Part shown: positions 18,828 through 28,051 of the stretch, one piece after another
How the letters are laid out: each line of letters begins with the position of its first letter
How positions within the stretch are numbered: position 1 is the stretch's first letter
Assembly (NCBI GenBank): GCA_022729235.1
Contig: JALDAJ010000001.1
Span: 64,001 to 128,000 of the forward strand
Direction of reading: 5' to 3'
Length of the DNA stretch: 64,000 bases
Origin: Candidatus Nanohalarchaeota archaeon
GTDB lineage: Archaea; Nanohalarchaeota; Nanosalinia; Nanosalinales; Nanosalinaceae
Position numbers and translations under genes: made by a program
The notes under the pieces: generated by a model
Told to the model about the DNA's origin: nothing
Seen by the model: only the letters and a program-made list of their open reading frames with translations
Database searches by the model: none

Positions 18828-19346
18828 CTATAACTCTCTACCGGCGCAGGAGTAGATGTTGTTGATGCTGAGCGGATTGTTAGAACCTTCTACATTCGAC
18901 TCTCCTATCCCGGTTATATCCATCGCCAGAAGCTTCAGGTTTCCTGCAAGAGGAATCCTGAAAAGTACCTGTCCGTGTATCTGTTCCGGACGTATATCTC
19001 GTTCCCACTCGTTTTGACCCCGCGTGTTATCTCCTCTTGTCTCCAGGTACCCGTCGTGCGTATCCACTACCCTGTGGACGACCGGTATCTCTACTTCCGG
19101 TGTTGAAAACACTATTATGTCACCCTCCTCTATTTCTTCGAACTCCATCCCGCTAACCAGGAGGATATCTCCTACGTCAAGCTCCGGGTACATCGAACAA
19201 GAGACAACAGAAACAACAGGTCTGTCCGTATCCATGACTGTTCCAGCAGTTTGCAGGGTTCCAAAGGCTAGTATAAGTGCAACTGCCAGGAAGTAGAACT
19301 CCCTGAAACTTCTTGAATCTCTTACGTTTTCCCATCTCTTGCTCAT
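18828..19346 (-). CDS. archaeal signal peptidase I (Sec11-type)
   Basis: TM segment, VVSCSMYP (Ser), VVHRV (His) and TRGDN. Confidence 0.88.
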   Translation of the reverse strand: MSKRWENVRDSRSFREFYFLAVALILAFGTLQTAGTVMDTDRPVVSVVSCSMYPELDVGDILLVSGMEFEEIEEGDIIVFSTPEVEIPVVHRVVDTHDGYLETRGDNTRGQNEWERDIRPEQIHGQVLFRIPLAGNLKLLAMDITGIGESNVEGSNNPLSINNIYSCAGREL

Positions 19347-19376
19347 AGAGTATCTTGCCCCAGTCTTCTTTTTCAA

Positions 19377-19916
19377 TCAATCGAAAGCACGACCCATCAT
19401 GTGCGCAACGCGTATAGGTTCAGGTGTGAGCCCATGGATTATCGAGCTTTCAACGATGCTTTTCGCTCTTTCAAAGTCCGTTCCCGCATACTGTATGTAG
19501 GTTTTGCCATCCTTCAGCTCGATTTCTTCTGCATCCCCTAACCGGTCAAAGACTTCATCGTAGTTACCTGTCTTCTCCATAGTGTCCTTAAACCGGTCAC
19601 GGTCCGGCTTGTTGGAGGTTACCACTATAACAGGTCTTTCTATCTCCTCCGAGACCTTTTCGAAGTCGACAATATTGAAACCTGCAAAACTTATACCGTC
19701 CAGCATCACAGCCTTTATCTGGGTCGTGTTATTGCAACGGTTGAAAAGCTCCACCACTTTTTCAGTCGCGTCACCGCCATCTACCTCGATATCGGTGGTA
19801 ACGATATCTTCTATGAACTCTGTACCGCGGTAAACAACACCGGTCAGAAACGTTTCCTCATCCTCGAATTCAAAGGCAGCATCGTCTATACCAAGGACTC
19901 TGATACCTTGTTTCAT
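19377..19916 (-). CDS. DUF99 family (endonuclease V-like) protein
   Basis: RVLGIDD, VDGGDAT, LDGISFAGFNIVD and PEPIRVAH. Confidence 0.85.
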   Translation of the reverse strand: MKQGIRVLGIDDAAFEFEDEETFLTGVVYRGTEFIEDIVTTDIEVDGGDATEKVVELFNRCNNTTQIKAVMLDGISFAGFNIVDFEKVSEEIERPVIVVTSNKPDRDRFKDTMEKTGNYDEVFDRLGDAEEIELKDGKTYIQYAGTDFERAKSIVESSIIHGLTPEPIRVAHMMGRAFD

Positions 19917-19942
19917 AAAGAGAATATTACTGATGAAGAAAT

Positions 19943-20185
19943 TTACAGTTGATCCTCTATCTCATCCATCCACTCTCTCGCAGTCTCGATCGCGTCCTCA
20001 AGGATCTCTTTCTGATCGTCACCTTCGATTATTAGCTGTGACTCATCGCCTAGAGGGTGACCTTTGTCGTAGGCTGCCTGTCCGCTTTTCTCCCATACAG
20101 CCTTCCGGATAAGATTTGCGATACCGTGGTTCTGTTGCATGTCGATGATAAGTCTATCGTCTTTCTCAACTGTCTCAAGTTCCAT
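19943..20185 (-). CDS. rpoL: RNA polymerase subunit L (Rpo11)
   Basis: NHGIANLIR...AAYDKGHPL; located in the methyltransferase-rpoL-DUF99-tfs neighbourhood. Confidence 0.8.
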   Translation of the reverse strand: MELETVEKDDRLIIDMQQNHGIANLIRKAVWEKSGQAAYDKGHPLGDESQLIIEGDDQKEILEDAIETAREWMDEIEDQL

Positions 20186-20786
20186 TGTCGTCTATCCTCC
20201 TTGTTATGATAACATCAACGGGTGTTTCCCGTGACTCTTCGGTGTGGAAACCATAGCTCGGACCGAGCGCTATAGTATACTCCTCGACTCCGAGCACTTC
20301 ATGTCCGTATTCCTCCGATAACTCTTTTATACGTTCCCGCACACCTCTCGGAGCCACGCTGTAAACCGCATCAGCGATGGAGAAAGCTTTCCGGAAGAAC
20401 TTAAGCCCTGTATCAGAGTGTACAGAGAACGGCGGGTTCATGACACAGGTATCGAACTTGCTGTTAACTCCTGTCGCATCTCGTTCCACTAACTCAATCG
20501 CGTCAACAGCATCCAGCTTCTCGGCGTTCTCCCTCGCGATCTCCAGCGCCCCGGCATCCTTCTCTACCGCGGTAACTCTTGCTCCTGCTAAAGCCGAACC
20601 GATAGCGAGAATTCCTGTACCTGTGCCGAGATCGACAACCTCGCAGTTTTCGATGTCACCCTGCATGTACGCGGTATGGATAATATCGGCTGCCAGCTCC
20701 GGCGGGGTCATATACTGCTCCAGCTCGATATCCGGCTGGGAGAAGCTGTCGAGCTGAGAAAGTTTACGCACAAGCTCTGTCTTCAT
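20175..20786 (-). CDS. METTL5-family N6-adenine RNA methyltransferase
   Basis: LEQYMTPPELAA, DLGTGTG and MNPPF. Confidence 0.88.
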   Translation of the reverse strand: MKTELVRKLSQLDSFSQPDIELEQYMTPPELAADIIHTAYMQGDIENCEVVDLGTGTGILAIGSALAGARVTAVEKDAGALEIARENAEKLDAVDAIELVERDATGVNSKFDTCVMNPPFSVHSDTGLKFFRKAFSIADAVYSVAPRGVRERIKELSEEYGHEVLGVEEYTIALGPSYGFHTEESRETPVDVIITRRIDDNGT

Positions 20787-20838
20787 GTTCTCAGGTCAGA
20801 CGTGAAGGATTTAAGATTAACGCTCCATCACGTAGGGC

Positions 20839-22470
20839 ATGCCCGAGGCAACTGAAGAATTCGAAGACCTTTCACGTGAAGAGCTTGTAGAGAAAATCAA
20901 GAAGATGCAGGAGGATAAAGTGGTTTTCTTTGAACCACAGCGAGAGATAATAGTTTCGAATCCTTCTGAGGAAACGCTTAATGAGATATCAGAAATCGCG
21001 CACATGGCAACCTCCTCGGGCGAACACTACAAGTTCGAAGTACGGGAGATGGATATCTGGAACTCTGAGCTATCTCTTGAAGAAATGAGAGAGAAATACA
21101 CGAGGATACTGGGATCGTATCCCCGGTTCATAGAATGGCTGGAGAGAACCTATGAAAAGCAGGAGATGTTCTCGATAGAACATGAAGGTACCTATCACGC
21201 CCTGGTAGCGGAAGACGAGGAACGCATGGAGTGGGCGCGCAGTATCGAGGGGGTACGGGACAACCTCGCTGTTGACCTTACAGACAACAAGTCCCGTATC
21301 GCGATGGGAGCCAAATCCCGCGCAAAAATCAAGGAGGCTCTGCTGAAGAAAGGCTACCCGGTAGAGGACAACTCCAAGTTCCGGGAGGTCGACGAGAAAA
21401 TCGGTGCTGACCTGAAAATCGACCTGAGGGATTACCAGGAAGAGTACGTCGCGAGAGCTTACGATGAAAAGGCAGCAGTACTGGCGAACCCTGCCGGCTC
21501 AGGTAAAACAGTTACTTCTATCGGCCTCATGGCCAGGATAGATGCGCCAACACTGGTGCTCGTACCACAGCGCTCGCTGGTGAACCAGTGGAAGCGCGAG
21601 ATACTTGACAAGACAACTATCACCGAGGACCAGATAGGCGAGTTCCACGGCGGTGACAAGGAGATGAACGATGTGACCATCGCGACATACCACATGGCGG
21701 GAGAGAAGACCTCGCTGTTCCGGAAGGACTGGGGTCTGATAATCTTCGATGAAGTCCACCACATCCCCTCACAGCTTTTCAGGAGAACCGCATCGCTACA
21801 GTCAACGCGCAGGATAGGTTTAAGCGCGTCACCTGTCAGGGAGGATTCAAAAGAAAGGGAGATATTCGCGCTTATAGGTCCTGAAATCGGCGGTGACTGG
21901 GCTCGTTTCTTCCAGCAGGACTTCGTCCTCAAGCCAGACGTGAAGATACAGTTCGCGGAGTGGGAGAGCGATGCCTACCGCCACAAGTACAACCAGGCAT
22001 CCGGAATCAAGAAGGCTATAATCGCCTCTAAAAACCCGGCGAAAAAGCAGCAACTGGAGAACCTCCTCGATGAACACAGCGATGACAAGACCATCATCTT
22101 CTGTGACTGGATAGACCAGGGAGAAGAACTGGAAGAAGAATACGATATACCTTTCATCTCCGGCGAAACAGATTACGAGGAACGGGAAAAATACTTCCAG
22201 AAGTTCCGTGACAACGAACTTGACACCCTCATCGTGTCCCGTATCGGCGACGAAGGTCTCGACCTGCCCGACGCAGAGATAGGTATCATCATGTCCGGAC
22301 AGGGAGGCTCAAGGAGACAGGCAACCCAGAGAGCAGGAAGAGTCATGCGCCCGTTCGGCGACGCCAAGGTCTACATGATAGCGACCAAGGGCAGCAACGA
22401 GGAAGACTTCGCCAAACACCAGGTAGAACTCCTGAAAGAGAAAGGAGTTCCTGTAACGGTGGAAGGGTGA
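20839..22470 (+). CDS. xpb: XPB/Rad25-family SF2 helicase
   Basis: LRDYQ, PAGSGKT, DEVHH, GLSASPVRED, GDEGLDLPDA and QRAGRVMRP. Confidence 0.9.
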   Translation: MPEATEEFEDLSREELVEKIKKMQEDKVVFFEPQREIIVSNPSEETLNEISEIAHMATSSGEHYKFEVREMDIWNSELSLEEMREKYTRILGSYPRFIEWLERTYEKQEMFSIEHEGTYHALVAEDEERMEWARSIEGVRDNLAVDLTDNKSRIAMGAKSRAKIKEALLKKGYPVEDNSKFREVDEKIGADLKIDLRDYQEEYVARAYDEKAAVLANPAGSGKTVTSIGLMARIDAPTLVLVPQRSLVNQWKREILDKTTITEDQIGEFHGGDKEMNDVTIATYHMAGEKTSLFRKDWGLIIFDEVHHIPSQLFRRTASLQSTRRIGLSASPVREDSKEREIFALIGPEIGGDWARFFQQDFVLKPDVKIQFAEWESDAYRHKYNQASGIKKAIIASKNPAKKQQLENLLDEHSDDKTIIFCDWIDQGEELEEEYDIPFISGETDYEEREKYFQKFRDNELDTLIVSRIGDEGLDLPDAEIGIIMSGQGGSRRQATQRAGRVMRPFGDAKVYMIATKGSNEEDFAKHQVELLKEKGVPVTVEG

Positions 22471-22474
22471 AGAG

Positions 22475-22822
22475 ATGACTGAAGTAATCTATTTAGCCGA
22501 CAGAAAAGACGGAGAAGAACTTCGTGCCGTAGAACTTCATGAAATAGAAAGAGAACTCGAGGAAGAAAGCGATGGATGGTCGATAGATAATAAACTAGAA
22601 GATATCCCACAAGAAATCAGAGAACACGCCGAGCAAATAAGAAATGAGAAAGAAAACTCTGACCGGTTCTACGAAAACGTAGTAAGATATGAAATAGAGG
22701 GAGAAGGAGAAGCATACTTATTCAGAACTGAAAAGGGATACGTAATCGCCTCCGAAGAAGGTCTACCCGACGCCCTCCCCAATGAGGATAGTCCTGACGA
22801 ATTATACTTCGACCCTCAGTGA
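22475..22822 (+). CDS. hypothetical acidic protein
   Basis: 115-aa ORF starting 4 nt after the xpb stop. Confidence 0.55.
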   Translation: MTEVIYLADRKDGEELRAVELHEIERELEEESDGWSIDNKLEDIPQEIREHAEQIRNEKENSDRFYENVVRYEIEGEGEAYLFRTEKGYVIASEEGLPDALPNEDSPDELYFDPQ

Positions 22823-22857
22823 GGAGAATTATTAACTTACTGTTCTTAATCAACCGT

Positions 22858-22929
22858 ATGCCTATAATCGAAGCAGAGAACCTGTCGAAGACGTTCAGGA
22901 ATAAATTTTCTGGACTCTTCACAGAATAG
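22858..22929 (+). pseudogene. orphan 5' fragment of the ABC ATPase gene
   Basis: ATG at 22858 reads MPIIEAENLSKTFR(NKFSGLFTE*), versus MPIIKAENLSKTFR at 23574. Confidence 0.75.
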
Positions 22930-23488
22930 TGGAAAAGAGTGCAAACTCAACGACAACAACAGTAATTGCAAGCAGCAGTATCGTATATATAGCGTCAAAC
23001 CAGAAGAAACGTAGTTTATCACCTACATAAATTAGCGCCGCTACAGGCATGCCCAGAGTCGCAAACAGCGATCTTCTCCATTCTCTTTTAGAATGATGCC
23101 AAATATTCTTGGCGTCCGTTGAGCTTGGTATAGCATGCATACCTGTACTAAAACCTATCCAGGCAATGAATAGAGCTATCAAATTTAAAACCAAATTATT
23201 CTCGTTGATAGCCTGAACCTCAGTTGCAACAACAGCCAAGAGGGCGAGAGGTATGAACAACATAATTGCCAAAAATGTATTTATCAGGAAAGGAGCTCCT
23301 GAAATCGCAAATGTATCTGCAAAATTGTTAGTTCGTTCATGCTTAACATACCCTGCAGGATTGCCTATACGGAAATAACACACTTCAAAAACACGTACAT
23401 CTCTTCTATTACACATTCTCTCATGAGCATATTCGTGAATAATCACGCCTGGAAAAGTCAATATAGATATAAGCCAGCCCGGTATCAC
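22919..23488 (-). CDS. membrane zincin-like metalloprotease (HExxH)
   Basis: PGVIIHEYAH, ISGAPF and HAIPSSTDA with several TM segments; AT-rich. Confidence 0.75.
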   Translation of the reverse strand: MIPGWLISILTFPGVIIHEYAHERMCNRRDVRVFEVCYFRIGNPAGYVKHERTNNFADTFAISGAPFLINTFLAIMLFIPLALLAVVATEVQAINENNLVLNLIALFIAWIGFSTGMHAIPSSTDAKNIWHHSKREWRRSLFATLGMPVAALIYVGDKLRFFWFDAIYTILLLAITVVVVEFALFSTIL

Positions 23489-23573
23489 GATTATAACTAT
23501 TAATTAAGCCCTATATAGAAGTTTTCCCGTTTAAACCTCATAAATTAAAACTATACTCGCTCTTCAAAATAAT

Positions 23574-24551
23574 ATGCCCATAATCAAGGCTGAAAACCTT
23601 TCCAAGACATTCAGAATTTACCAGCGAGAGGAAGGTATAACCGGATATCTAAAGGGCTTTCTTACCCGCGACTATCGGGAGGTCGACGCCGTTGAAGACC
23701 TTGACCTTGAAATCGAGAGAGGTGAGATGATAGGGTACATCGGTGCGAACGGCGCCGGTAAATCCACGACTGTGAAGATGCTGACCGGTATCCTCGAACC
23801 CTCGGGCGGCAGAATCGAGGTTGACGGGAGGAATCCTCACAGGGAGAGGAAAAAGAACGCGATGAACATCGGGGTCGTGTTTGGACAAAAAACGCAGCTC
23901 TGGTGGGACCTGCCGGTGCGGGAGTCCTTCAAGCTCCTGAGACAGATCTACGAGGTCGATGAAGACGATTTCGAGGAGCGTATCGAAGAGTTCGACGAGG
24001 TCCTGCAGCTGAAAGAGTTCTGGGAACAGCCCGTCAGGAAGCTTTCACTCGGACAAAAGATGCGCTGTGAGCTAGCCGCTGCATTTTTACACCACCCGCC
24101 GATAGTCTACCTGGACGAACCAACTATCGGTCTAGATGTCGCCGTGAAAGAACGGATACGTGACTTCATCCGGAAGATGAACCGGGAGAACAATATTACG
24201 GTAATGCTGACCACGCACGATATCGGCGATATAGAGGATTTATGTGATAGGATAGTGGTGTTGGACGAGGGCCGGAAGATATACGACGGCGAACTCGACA
24301 CGCTCGTCAACAGGTTCACGTCCCGGCGACTGATACTTGACCTGAAGTCGGAGCCCAACTTCCACCTGGAAAAAGAAGGTGTTGATGAAATCGATATCGA
24401 CGGGAGGACGGAGATAGTTTTCAACCGCGAGAAGATCTCCGCGTCGGATCTTATGAAGCGCGTCCTGGAGCGATATGACGTTATCGACTTCGAGCTGCGG
24501 GAGCCGAACATCGAGCAGGTTGTCAAGAAGATATACAACGAGGGTCTGTGA
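23574..24551 (+). CDS. ABC transporter ATP-binding protein (ABC-2 type)
   Basis: GANGAGKST, LSLGQ, LDEPT and TTHD. Confidence 0.95.
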   Translation: MPIIKAENLSKTFRIYQREEGITGYLKGFLTRDYREVDAVEDLDLEIERGEMIGYIGANGAGKSTTVKMLTGILEPSGGRIEVDGRNPHRERKKNAMNIGVVFGQKTQLWWDLPVRESFKLLRQIYEVDEDDFEERIEEFDEVLQLKEFWEQPVRKLSLGQKMRCELAAAFLHHPPIVYLDEPTIGLDVAVKERIRDFIRKMNRENNITVMLTTHDIGDIEDLCDRIVVLDEGRKIYDGELDTLVNRFTSRRLILDLKSEPNFHLEKEGVDEIDIDGRTEIVFNREKISASDLMKRVLERYDVIDFELREPNIEQVVKKIYNEGL

Positions 24552-25339
24552 ATGCACCTGAGAAAGTACCTTGAGTTCACGCGTATCGGTATCAGGGAGG
24601 GCTCAGCCTACAGGTTCAACGCAGTCATGGCGCTCGGAACCTCGATACTCTACCTACTGCTGTACTTCTTCATCTGGAGCGCTATCGACGAGGCAGGGTC
24701 TATACAGGGAGGGCTGGGACAAGTCATGGCCTACCTTGTCATCGGGCAGCTGGTGTCTAACACAGTATTTATGAACACGGAGGAGTTCTTCGGCGAGAGG
24801 ATACGTAGAGGTACTATCGTAAACGAGCTGAAGCGCCCGATGTCCCTGCGTTTGCAGACCTATTTCTACGAAATCGGTTGGGCGTGCTTCAGGTTTGTGA
24901 CAAGAGGGTTACCGGTGTTCATTTTCGGCATGCTGTTTTTCGATGTCAGCCTTCCCGGTCTCTCCACGCTCGCGTTGTTCGGAGTGAGCATGTTCCTCAG
25001 CCTTAACCTAGTCTTCTCCTTCGCATACATCACCTCGATGCTGGTGTTCTGGACCAAAATAGACTGGAGCGTCAGGATGGCAAGGAACGTCATCCAGAAC
25101 CTGTTCTCGGGAGTTATGTTTCCCCTCTACCTGCTTCCCGGGACGCTTGAGACCGTTTTCAACGCACTGCCGTTCCAATCCATGGCTGACGGTCCGATTT
25201 CGATATACCTGATGCAGCAAACCGGCGAGAGGCACTGATGGTTCTGGTCCAGCAGCTGGGCTGGATACTGTTCTTCCTCCTCGCGGGGGAACTGTTCTGG
25301 AGAAAAGCCCGGAAAAAACTGACGGTTCAGGGGGGATAG
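24552..25339 (+). pseudogene. ABC-2 family permease with a frameshift near 25227 (or a sequencing error)
   Basis: The ORF stops at 25238, but a shifted frame continues EALMVLVQQLGWILFFLLAGELFWRKARKKLTVQGG* to 25339, 1 nt before the next ATG. Confidence 0.8.
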
Positions 25340-25340
25340 T

Positions 25341-26141
25341 ATGGACGCGAGGAAGCACCTGAAAATCTACTGGTACTACTTCAAGCAGTACTGGAAGTCC
25401 CGGCTTGTCTACAAGAAAGACTTCCTCCTCGGGTTCACCAGCCAGATGATCAACCTAGCGGTGTCGATAGCTTTCATCGGTCTCCTGTTCACGCAGGTCG
25501 ACGCCATCCAGGGCTGGACCTTCAACGAGATGCTCTTCCTCGCGGGACTGAGCGGTTTCATAATGAATCTGCACCACATCTTCATGTTCAACATATACCG
25601 GCTCGGAGACAACTACGTCGTCAGCGGTGACTTCGACCGTTTCCTGGTGCGACCGCTCAACCCACTGTTTCAGGTGTACGCGGACGACGTCGGAGACAAT
25701 AACCTGTCGAAGTTCCTCGCCAACATCTTCCTGATAGCGTATGCCTCCAGCCAGATAGGTCTCGAACTCCTGACTCTTAGCAACCTGACCTATGGAGTTT
25801 TCGCTGTACTGAGCGGGGTACTGGTGTTCGCATCGATGTACCTCTGGTTCGCGACCACCGCGTTCTGGACTGGTAGGAGCCGGGCCGCGATATGGCTGAT
25901 CTTCCGGCTCAGCGACTTCAGGAAGTACCCTTACAGCATCTACAGCTTCGGTATACAGATCATACTGATAACCATCGTCCCTATCGCGTTCGCCTCGTTC
26001 TTCCCCGCTACCTACTTCCTCGGGAAGGAGGGCTGGGCGTTCTGGCAGTACCTGACAATATTCGTAGGACCATTGTTCTTCCTCGTTGCCTACGGGTTCT
26101 GGAAGATAGGGCTGAAGAACTACTCAAGTACCGGGAGCTAG
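25341..26141 (+). CDS. ABC-2 family permease
   Basis: GDFDRFLVRPLNPLFQ, KYPYSIY and C-terminal YSSTGS. Confidence 0.9.
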   Translation: MDARKHLKIYWYYFKQYWKSRLVYKKDFLLGFTSQMINLAVSIAFIGLLFTQVDAIQGWTFNEMLFLAGLSGFIMNLHHIFMFNIYRLGDNYVVSGDFDRFLVRPLNPLFQVYADDVGDNNLSKFLANIFLIAYASSQIGLELLTLSNLTYGVFAVLSGVLVFASMYLWFATTAFWTGRSRAAIWLIFRLSDFRKYPYSIYSFGIQIILITIVPIAFASFFPATYFLGKEGWAFWQYLTIFVGPLFFLVAYGFWKIGLKNYSSTGS

Positions 26142-26189
26142 AAAAAAGTAATAAGTTATACCATTTGGGAGGAAAAACACGATTAGATA

Positions 26190-26981
26190 ATGTTTACTAG
26201 AGAAAAAAGAAGTGCTGAAGAAATTTATAGGTTCTCAAATAAGTCGAGAGGTTATATCCAATCAGCCTTTGAAAACGGTTATGAGAAGGACGTGCTCAGT
26301 TTTTTATCAGAAATTTATATTCCTCTGGTTGAAAGATATCTTAGTCTCGATCCAGATTTAAGAACACATGATGATTTTCCGGAAGACATAGATTACTGGG
26401 AAACGAGACTTGAAGGATTTGAAGGCGATTTCGATTATACTCCTCTTGAGGTCCCTGATCTTTACAGAGGGTTCTATGAAGAAGTGTATAATCTATGGGA
26501 CGATACCGATTTTGATAAAGTAATAGGTATCGCCACCAGCGGACTTCCTTTTGCAGCCATAGTCGCAAACCTTACAAACACACCGTTTGAAATGGTGAAA
26601 TACTCTCACTGGGATGGGAACGATGAAAGAGTAGTAGATAGATGGATAGGAGACAGTCTACAGGGGAAAAAAGTTGTACTTGTAGATGATACTATATCTA
26701 CAGGAGAAACCGTAGAGAACGTAACTAATTACCTTAATAACCAGGGCGTCTCAAGTATTCACGGTGCATTTCTAAAAGCCAATTCCAGATGTGCAAGTAG
26801 AATCGAGGAGAACTATGAGGAGTTGCTGATTATTAGAAAAACAGGAATAGAGCCTCTAATTCGACAGAACCTAGAAGAAGATATCAAAAAACTTCAATAT
26901 TTAAATCCTGAAGTCTCTCACCAAGAAGAGAGGTTAAAAAGTAGAAAACCTAAAACAGACCTGCCTCTACCTCTAATGTGA
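26190..26981 (+). CDS. type I phosphoribosyltransferase domain protein
   Basis: VIGIATSGLPFA and PRPP-binding loop VVLVDDTISTGET; AT-rich. Confidence 0.8.
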   Translation: MFTREKRSAEEIYRFSNKSRGYIQSAFENGYEKDVLSFLSEIYIPLVERYLSLDPDLRTHDDFPEDIDYWETRLEGFEGDFDYTPLEVPDLYRGFYEEVYNLWDDTDFDKVIGIATSGLPFAAIVANLTNTPFEMVKYSHWDGNDERVVDRWIGDSLQGKKVVLVDDTISTGETVENVTNYLNNQGVSSIHGAFLKANSRCASRIEENYEELLIIRKTGIEPLIRQNLEEDIKKLQYLNPEVSHQEERLKSRKPKTDLPLPLM

Positions 26982-27027
26982 ACACGGTATTTAAAGAAAC
27001 GTCGGGTATGAAGGTGCTAGGTGCGAC

Positions 27028-27567
27028 CTACTCAAACTCTTCCCTGTAGAGCTCCTGCGACCTTTCAATTGCTTCCTTCGCTTCTTCGACATCTCCCCAG
27101 CCCTCGATCTCGACTTCTTTCTTGGGCTCCAGGTTCTTGTAGGTCTTGAAGAACTCCGAGATCTCTTTTCTCGTGTGTTCTTCGATGTCGTCAAGGTCTT
27201 CGACATCGTTCCACCGCGGGTCTTCTGTCGGTACCGCGATGATGTTGTCGTCCTGTTCACCGCCATCGTCCATGTAGAGGATTCCGACTGGTCGGCACTC
27301 GATCACGCATCCTGGGAATGTTGCTTGCGTTGTCAGCACAAGGATGTCCATCGGGTCGCCGTCCTCGTAGTATGCCTGCGGGATGAAACCGTAGTCTCCC
27401 GGGTAGTGAACCGCGCTGTGAAGAACTCTATCTAGAACAACACTCTCCATGTCTTTGTCGTACTCGTACTTGTTCTTGGTTCCCTGAGGGTTTTCGATTA
27501 CTGCATAAATCGTGTCCGGCGCCTCGCCGTCCGGTCCTGTCGGATAGTCCTGCCACTTGTTAACCAT
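27028..27567 (-). CDS. ppa: family I inorganic pyrophosphatase
   Basis: KNKYEYD, YPGDYGFIP, DGDPMD and FFKTYKNLE. Confidence 0.96.
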   Translation of the reverse strand: MVNKWQDYPTGPDGEAPDTIYAVIENPQGTKNKYEYDKDMESVVLDRVLHSAVHYPGDYGFIPQAYYEDGDPMDILVLTTQATFPGCVIECRPVGILYMDDGGEQDDNIIAVPTEDPRWNDVEDLDDIEEHTRKEISEFFKTYKNLEPKKEVEIEGWGDVEEAKEAIERSQELYREEFE

Positions 27568-27607
27568 TCTGTATCACGTAGAAAGGATAGAGGAGAGACT
27601 TTTATTC

Positions 27608-27763
27608 TTACTCCCGCTTCTGTGTCGTGGCGGAAAGCCTTACCATAGAAACATTCTTGATGGCTCCGCACCTGGAGCATACAACTTTGACCCAGTCAAC
27701 GTTGGGTTTCTCTACAGGATTCACGTGCAAATCTCGATCACATTCGTCGCAGGTAGCGGGCAT
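27608..27763 (-). CDS. small zinc-finger protein (51 aa, two CxxC)
   Basis: Not in the ORF track. Manual translation MPATCDECDRDLHVNPVEKPNVDWVKVVCSRCGAIKNVSMVRLSATTQKRE*, with GGAGG upstream. Confidence 0.7.
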   Translation of the reverse strand: MPATCDECDRDLHVNPVEKPNVDWVKVVCSRCGAIKNVSMVRLSATTQKRE

Positions 27764-27897
27764 CTAACTTCCTCCTCTACGAACTACTTCTCCATCGAAC
27801 TATTTAAGCATAACTTTGAGACAGTCAAGGGAGTGATAGGGAATAAAAAAGATTACACAGAACAGGGAATATACAAAGCCAAACAAGACCAAAAAGC

Positions 27898-27952
27898 CTG
27901 AAGTGCGTTCGTCTTACGAACGTGCTATGTTGATGAAACTGACAGCAGTTTC
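27898..27952 (+). ncRNA. 55-nt structured module (D-like box, stem, C-like box, hairpin) abutting tRNA-Val
   Basis: CTGA-agtgcgttcgt-ctt-acgaacgtgct-ATGTTGA-t-gaaactg-acag-cagtttc; a same-length copy with compensatory changes lies at 28232-28286. Confidence 0.6.
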
Positions 27953-28027
27953 GGGTTCGTAGTCTAGCTTGGTTATGACACCGCCTTGACATGGCGGAGA
28001 TCCCCAGTTCAAATCTGGGCGAACCCA
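27953..28027 (+). tRNA. tRNA-Val(GAC)
   Basis: Acceptor GGGTTCG/CGAACCC, anticodon arm CCGCC-TTGACAT-GGCGG, T arm CCCAG-TTCAAAT-CTGGG; CCA not encoded. Confidence 0.96.
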
Positions 28028-28051
28028 TACGGGCGATGATATGAGTCCAAC

